Source: a virus. Taken from it: 64,000 bases of DNA. This document shows positions 58,510-64,000 of this stretch, piece by piece. The notes under the pieces are model-generated. The model was given only the letters and a program-made list of their open reading frames with translations, did no database searches and was not told where the DNA came from. The stretch is from IMG/VR virus record IMGVR_UViG_3300011115_000650. One strand, 5' to 3'. The position numbers and the translations under genes were made by a program. The number at the start of each line of letters is the position of its first letter. The first letter of the stretch is position 1.

Positions 58510-59592
58510 AACTTTCTATTTTATCGTTGATATATTTTACTAATTGATCGGCATATTCTACATACCATTGTCTGTAGTTGTGAAACATTTTATCCTTTAT
58601 TTCTTCGAAATCACTATAGTGTTTGAAGCAATAATGTAGCCCTTCTTGTTTTATTCTTGATTGAATACGAATCCAATCTTCCTGAGTATTTACTTCTACT
58701 TCGTATCTTTCTCCGCCTACGTATCTATTCAAAGGTATTGTGTATTTGAAAGATTCACTATACTCTACTACGTCTTCTATCCATCTTAAGATTAGGCCTT
58801 CAGGATAGTTTTTATCTAAGTCTTCGGCAATATCTGACATATTAAAGTAATAGATATCTCCGAAATTAGCTATTCTGCCTACTTCATCACTCACCCAATA
58901 TTCAAATTCTACTTTGTGCTTCTCGCAGAATAACTTTACGTATTTATTGCAAATTTCTTTGTATTGTTCTTGTAATCTTGGTTTCATATTTTTATAGTTT
59001 GTTTTTAATATTAGTCCCACCATTCGTGAGATCTTTCTTCTAAAATTTTCCATAGTAACTTATTAGCCCTTTTCTCATTAGCTAACCCCACATACAAACT
59101 TAATCGGTCTTTATCTACTTCATCTGGACGTTCTAGCTTTACTTTGCGTAATGTATTTGGATACTTTGCTAAATAATCATCAAACTTCTCCCATACAATC
59201 GTACTGTCCATTGTAGAGTAATCTGGATAGTCTTCACATGGTGTAAAGCTCCATTTAAACTCATGATAGTCATATTTCTCCAGACCGTAAAACTCTTCTA
59301 ATTTCCTTTCTAATAAGTTTAACACTGTAGTCATATCACGGTTATTTCTTTCAATACCCATATGTCTATTACTTTTAACTAAATGCTTTCTTTGAAATTC
59401 AATCTTCTTCTGTAGCATTCTTAGTATGAATGAATCATCCCAATCTCTATCTTTCCATAGAGTTGGTATCCATCTTATGATGTTGTGTATACTATAGCAA
59501 AAATAGTGTATTCTATAATTTACATGTCTATACCATAACTTTCTATCCCATGCTGAATCGTTAGGTACTTTTAGTTTGTGATAAGTTTTCAT
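58502..59592 (-). CDS. Two hypothetical proteins (58502-59053, 59011-59592)
   Basis: ORF track; 59011 has WKDRDWD and a C-terminal WWD. Confidence 0.6.
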
Positions 59593-59930
59593 TATTTAAC
59601 AAATATTTGAATTAATATAATTAAGATACTCAATCCCAGACATACTAGAGTCTTAGGTGTTAGCGGTTCTTTAAATAATAGATACGATAAAACTGTAAAA
59701 ACGATAGCTCCTAATCCAAAACCAATTAATCTTGAGGGCCATAACTGACCATCGAATGCTTCAACAAAGCATTTTACCGATTTCATGAACATATACGTTA
59801 CCGGTATACCCATTAATAAGGAAAACCATAGGTTATTCTTAATCCAATCTATCTTTAACTGTCCCTGTAACTGTAGGAACGTTATCACTTGTGCCGTTAA
59901 TCCCCATAGTATCCCGTAGAGTATTTTCAT
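59592..59930 (-). CDS. 4-TM small membrane protein (DMT/SMR-like)
   Basis: Four hydrophobic helices, LFKEPLT.K..V.L.L. Confidence 0.55.
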   Translation of the reverse strand: MKILYGILWGLTAQVITFLQLQGQLKIDWIKNNLWFSLLMGIPVTYMFMKSVKCFVEAFDGQLWPSRLIGFGLGAIVFTVLSYLLFKEPLTPKTLVCLGLSILIILIQIFVK

Positions 59931-60043
59931 TATTGGTGTATTCGTGTAAGTATGTGTTCTGCCATAAAAAAAGTCCTTATAGTTATTACTGTTATATAAT
60001 AAAGATAAGGACTTTGAATTGTGTTTCCAACTAATAGTTCGGA

Positions 60044-60190
60044 TTACTTCTTGATGCTAGTAGTATCTTTTACTACTTTAGTAGTGTCTACTTTTACTGC
60101 AGTTGAATCTGTAGTAGGTGTTGGAGCGGTAGTTGAACTACAAGCTACTAAAACGATTGATGCTACTAGAGCTACGATGATTGTTTTCAT
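60044..60190 (-). CDS. 48-aa Thr-rich lipoprotein (not in track)
   Basis: MKTIIVALVASIVLVA-CSSTTAPTPTTDSTAVKVDTT; late-type motif upstream. Confidence 0.65.
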   Translation of the reverse strand: MKTIIVALVASIVLVACSSTTAPTPTTDSTAVKVDTTKVVKDTTSIKK

Positions 60191-60223
60191 GTTTTGTTTT
60201 TAATTTTACTGTTTATAAATAGT

Positions 60224-61873
60224 TTAGAATCCCATGTCCATTCCTAGATCTGGTTGTTGTTCTGTTTTCTTGTCTTCTTTCTTAGTAAAGATTACTGACT
60301 CGGTAGTTAGGATAGTGCCTGCTACTGATGCTGCATTCTCTAGAGCGATCCTGGTCACTTTAGCTGGATCTAATAAACCCGTCTCATATGCATCCACTAC
60401 CTTACCTAATTTAGCGTCATAGGTAGCGTTTGTAATATCAGCAGTTTGAATATCATGTAAGATTGCATACCAATCTTCGATACCGGCATTACTTAAGATC
60501 TTCCTAAACGGTGCTTGACAGGCTTGATGTATAATCCTTACACCCTTTCTTTCATTCTCTGACCATTCCGTAGTCTTACTAACCGCTTGATTAAAGGCAT
60601 TGATCAGAGCTACTCCACCTCCAGGTACTATACCTTCAGCTAGAGCGGCCTTGGTAGCAAATAATGCATCCTCTACCCTATCCTTCTTCTCTCTCATCTC
60701 TACTTCTGAATTACCTCCTACTGTAATAATGGCTACACCTCCAATTAACTTACCTAATCTCTCCTGTAACTTCTCTTTCTCGTAAGGTGATACTCCAGGT
60801 CTATCTAATTGATCTTTGATCTCTTGAGCTCTTAACTTAATTGCTTCTTCGGTTCCTTTACCGTCGATGATAGTTGTCTTCTCCTTATCTACAGCCACTG
60901 TCCTAGCTTTGCCTAGCATAGTCTCTAACTGCATAGCATTGAGTTTCTCCAACTTTAAGCCCTTGTCCTTACTTATCACCTGTCCTCCGGTTAGAATAGC
61001 GATATCCTCAAGCAATAGGGTTCTACGCTCACCAAAGTCTGGTGCCTTAACTGCGCAAACCTTTACAATACCTCTCATCTTGTTAACGATTAGAGTAGCT
61101 AGAGCTTCATCACCGAAGTCTTCTGCAATCAATAACAAAGACTTATTCTCGGCATTTGCCTTAGATAGGACCTGTACCATCTCTTGAGCAGTATTAACTC
61201 TACCGTCATAGATCAAGATATAAGGATCATCTAATACACTCTGCATGGTGGTGTTGTTGGTAACGAAGTAAGGTGATTTATAACCTCTATCAAACTGCAT
61301 ACCCTCGACTACTTCTAAAAAAGTCTCTCCGGTCTTAGATTCTTCAATCGATACCAAACCCTCTCTACCTACCTTCTCTAAAGAGGTTGCGATTAGGTTT
61401 CCTACCTCTTCATCACCATTACCTGAAATCATAGCCACTTGCTTGATCTGAGCTTCGGTAGAGATGTCTTGAGCTTGTAGCTTTAATTCCTCTACCACTA
61501 ACTTTACTACCTTGTCTATACCCTTCTTAACTTCAACCGGGTTAGTTCCTTGGTCGATTAGCTTTAAACCATCTTCAACGATCGTAGTCGCTAATATGGT
61601 TGAGGTTGTAGTACCATCACCTGCTTCATTAGCAGATTTGATTGAGACTTGCTTAACTAGTTGAGCTCCGATATTCTCTACCTCGTCTTTTAGTTCCGTA
61701 AAAGCTTTGGCAACAGCAACACCATCTTTGGTTACCCTAATGCCATTTACTTTGTCTTCAATTAAGACCGTTCTACCACCAGGTCCTAGGGTCGAAGAAA
61801 CTGCTAGGTTTAGTTTCTTAATGCCCTGGGCTAGTTTTGTTTTTAGTTCTGTGCCTGTTATGTTTTCTATCAT
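60224..61873 (-). CDS. groEL: Chaperonin GroEL
   Basis: [48 protein letters not shown]. Confidence 0.97.
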   Translation of the reverse strand: MIENITGTELKTKLAQGIKKLNLAVSSTLGPGGRTVLIEDKVNGIRVTKDGVAVAKAFTELKDEVENIGAQLVKQVSIKSANEAGDGTTTSTILATTIVEDGLKLIDQGTNPVEVKKGIDKVVKLVVEELKLQAQDISTEAQIKQVAMISGNGDEEVGNLIATSLEKVGREGLVSIEESKTGETFLEVVEGMQFDRGYKSPYFVTNNTTMQSVLDDPYILIYDGRVNTAQEMVQVLSKANAENKSLLLIAEDFGDEALATLIVNKMRGIVKVCAVKAPDFGERRTLLLEDIAILTGGQVISKDKGLKLEKLNAMQLETMLGKARTVAVDKEKTTIIDGKGTEEAIKLRAQEIKDQLDRPGVSPYEKEKLQERLGKLIGGVAIITVGGNSEVEMREKKDRVEDALFATKAALAEGIVPGGGVALINAFNQAVSKTTEWSENERKGVRIIHQACQAPFRKILSNAGIEDWYAILHDIQTADITNATYDAKLGKVVDAYETGLLDPAKVTRIALENAASVAGTILTTESVIFTKKEDKKTEQQPDLGMDMGF

Positions 61874-61876
61874 ATG

Positions 61877-62281
61877 TTATAGTGTTGAATTTAATGCGGT
61901 TAGAGGTGTTTCAATATCATTCTCCGGTAATACTGGTGTCTCTATTAATAGTTGTTTAAGCGTCTCTTGTCTAGCTACGGGAGTGTCTACGATTCTAGAT
62001 AAGATTTCGGTTACTTTAGTGATGTAGTATTCTTGGTTATCAATACTTATACGCTGGCTACTCATCTTTGGTACTATAACCTTTACTCCTGGATAGAGTT
62101 TGGGTTCAGATACTAATTGACCGGTGTGCCAGTTAAAGGTACTGTCTACTGCTACTACTTCAGCTATCTCAGGTCTTTCCTTACCCATATCCGGGATTAT
62201 GATATTACCTGCCATCTGTTCTTGTTCTTCGATGGGTTTTAAGATTACATGTCCATTTAATGGATCTAGTGTTGATGTCAT
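61877..62281 (-). CDS. groES: Co-chaperonin GroES with a C-terminal extension
   Basis: PLNGHVIL...GNIIIPD..KERP..AEVVAV; adjacent to groEL. Confidence 0.85.
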   Translation of the reverse strand: MTSTLDPLNGHVILKPIEEQEQMAGNIIIPDMGKERPEIAEVVAVDSTFNWHTGQLVSEPKLYPGVKVIVPKMSSQRISIDNQEYYITKVTEILSRIVDTPVARQETLKQLLIETPVLPENDIETPLTALNSTL

Positions 62282-62529
62282 ATACTTGATTCTTGTTTTA
62301 ATTCTTCTTTGGGTGATTCTTCGATAAGAGGTTGGACAGTTTGGTCATCTTCAATAACTTCGGCTTCAGGAACTAATTCAACAAAGTACAATACGCCATC
62401 TTTCTTCAAGACTTTGTCTGCACCTAGTTGCTCTTTCCAGGATTCGATGTTAGGTCGATATTCTTCTTTTAACTTACGTTTTAGGACATAGAGGCTGTCC
62501 TCATGCTTGATAAACTCTGTACGAAACAT
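62278..62529 (-). CDS. Hypothetical protein
   Basis: Operonic with groES; promoter variant at ~62535-62566. Confidence 0.55.
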   Translation of the reverse strand: MFRTEFIKHEDSLYVLKRKLKEEYRPNIESWKEQLGADKVLKKDGVLYFVELVPEAEVIEDDQTVQPLIEESPKEELKQESSI

Positions 62530-62570
62530 ATTTTAATATAACTAATTTATTTTATAAAACCAACTTTCTT

Positions 62571-63179
62571 TTAATGTTTTTTCATCTTACACATAATATC
62601 TTTTATGTATAACGTTTTTAGATGTATTAGATCTAATTCCTCTTCGGTTAAATTTATATCCTCGTGAATCCACATCGCATATACTGTACCGTATTTAATA
62701 TGATCTCCAATTCTAAACATGTATGATGTCTCAATACCGTGATAACGATTTATGTCTACTACTGCCGGTCTTGGATAATCTTTACCCACTCTTACAAATC
62801 CTCCTTCTGAGTTATGTAGTTCTAGTAGGGTCTCGCATACCGGGCTGATCGGTACTTTTTGATAATCTAACATCATCTCCCTAGTCGTTACATCAGCTTT
62901 TTCATAGGTCATTGATGCATAGTTAAACGGTAGTCCATTTATGGCTGCATTACCGTTGTGGTACTCTACTACTGCTACTCGATTGGCTCCTAATAGAGTT
63001 CTAATCTCAACTAATACTTCATTGATTAGTGCACGATGTTCGGTGTTGTGTAAAAAATCTTTAGCTTCATCAACAGGTTTACTAAATTTCTTCTTTACCC
63101 AGGTCACTATATAGGGAGCAACTGCTGCCAGTATACCACCCACTATCATTCCTACTGTCTTTAGTATGTCTTCGTTCAT
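62571..63179 (-). CDS. Single-TM protein with a GAF-like soluble domain (holin-like)
   Basis: N-terminal TM; ANRVAVVEYHNG...SMTYE. Confidence 0.5.
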   Translation of the reverse strand: MNEDILKTVGMIVGGILAAVAPYIVTWVKKKFSKPVDEAKDFLHNTEHRALINEVLVEIRTLLGANRVAVVEYHNGNAAINGLPFNYASMTYEKADVTTREMMLDYQKVPISPVCETLLELHNSEGGFVRVGKDYPRPAVVDINRYHGIETSYMFRIGDHIKYGTVYAMWIHEDINLTEEELDLIHLKTLYIKDIMCKMKKH

Positions 63180-63230
63180 TTAAGCTAATTACTCTAATAA
63201 ATAGTCTAACATCTCCGAAAAGTTTAGTGT

Positions 63231-63965
63231 TTATACAGCATTTTTTAACTTCCAAACATACCCTTTGTGTGTTTTAATATGCCCGTGAACACACCTACTT
63301 ATTCCCGATACATTAAATCCATCTTTAATAGCATCCTCCATCTTATCGTAGTCCTGCACTTCTTCTAAAGTGTCTTTGTCGAGACAGATTACAGCTTTAT
63401 TAAAACCAGGCCTACCAATCTGCCATCCGGGGTATTTAACTAGGTCAGTTTTATTTATAAACTTAACCTCTCCGTTTTTATGTATATGTATATTACCGGT
63501 AGCTAATGCTCTCCCTTTTCGTCCTGCAGATAAATAACATTCACGATTGCAATAATTAGCTACAGGTCGTACATGTGAATTAATTCTAGAGTTTTCTTTA
63601 CCGCAACTACTACATATAATAGTAGTTTGTCTCAGCTTTTCTTTTTGAACCTCTTGTTTTAGTCTCTGGTATACTCTACTGCTCGGGATATATCTTTTTT
63701 TAGTTTTATTTTGTTGACACATTGCGTAAGCAGCATAGAGTAATTTGCTATTTCCTCGATGTATTTCACATAGCAATAAATGAGCGATAAAGTGTTCTTT
63801 AGCTGTCAAAGCTACTATGTTTTCCTTACTATTATCACCTCCTAAACATTTAGGTACTACGTGATGTTTTTCTACATACCCTTCTAATTGCCTACTCTTT
63901 GCTCTTGATATTAGACTGTCGTACAATGTACTGTAGTTCATACTGTCTTTATTATAAATAGGCAA
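63231..63965 (-). CDS. HNH homing endonuclease with a NUMOD1-like C-terminus
   Basis: EKHHVVPKCLGGDNSKENIVALTAKEHFIAH; ISRCVHG..KTHKGYVWK; probable start MNYSTLY. Confidence 0.85.
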   Translation of the reverse strand: MPIYNKDSMNYSTLYDSLISRAKSRQLEGYVEKHHVVPKCLGGDNSKENIVALTAKEHFIAHLLLCEIHRGNSKLLYAAYAMCQQNKTKKRYIPSSRVYQRLKQEVQKEKLRQTTIICSSCGKENSRINSHVRPVANYCNRECYLSAGRKGRALATGNIHIHKNGEVKFINKTDLVKYPGWQIGRPGFNKAVICLDKDTLEEVQDYDKMEDAIKDGFNVSGISRCVHGHIKTHKGYVWKLKNAV

Positions 63966-64000
63966 ACTATGTGGCTCTAGTGACCTTCTTTCATATTTTT

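Overview
A 64-kb segment of a large, AT-rich, probably lytic tailed-phage genome. The host is most likely Bacteroidota: promoters match the TTG-N~20-TAnnTTT(G/A) type and translation starts are A-rich without Shine-Dalgarno sequences. Essentially every credible gene is on the minus strand and the standard genetic code fits. Layout: (1) 1-4.4 kb, gp55-like sigma factor, HD hydrolase, glutaredoxin and T5orf172 genes; (2) 4.8-17.6 kb, an array of about 30 promoter+small-ORF cassettes (putative early/host-takeover region) that includes DUF932, a RadA-like ATPase, micro-lipoproteins, acidic proteins and a tRNA-like RNA, bounded by two odd non-coding zones, one with about 18 AACTCTTTT repeats; (3) 18-26.7 kb, accessory genes, a fibre-like structural gene and mosaic proteins sharing a 'VCSKWQ' domain; (4) 26.7-40.1 kb, a glycan locus of about 9 glycosyltransferase-like genes interleaved with FabH, a FabG-like SDR, a hexapeptide acyltransferase, a PIG-L deacetylase, methyltransferases and an unannotated serine-less mini-ACP; (5) 44-47.4 kb, a long tmRNA, six tRNAs and several tRNA-like or structured RNAs; (6) 47.4-64 kb, phosphoesterases, many small hypotheticals, thyA with a GIY-YIG homing endonuclease, and groES-groEL. 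Top leads are the acyl-glycan module, the anticodon-less Leu-type tRNA mimics, the repeated promoter-cassette array, two endonuclease genes each followed by a stranded copy of the neighbouring gene's 3' end (thyA, tmRNA), and a stand-alone gene built from ThyA's insertion segments. All calls come from manual motif reading; no searches were run.
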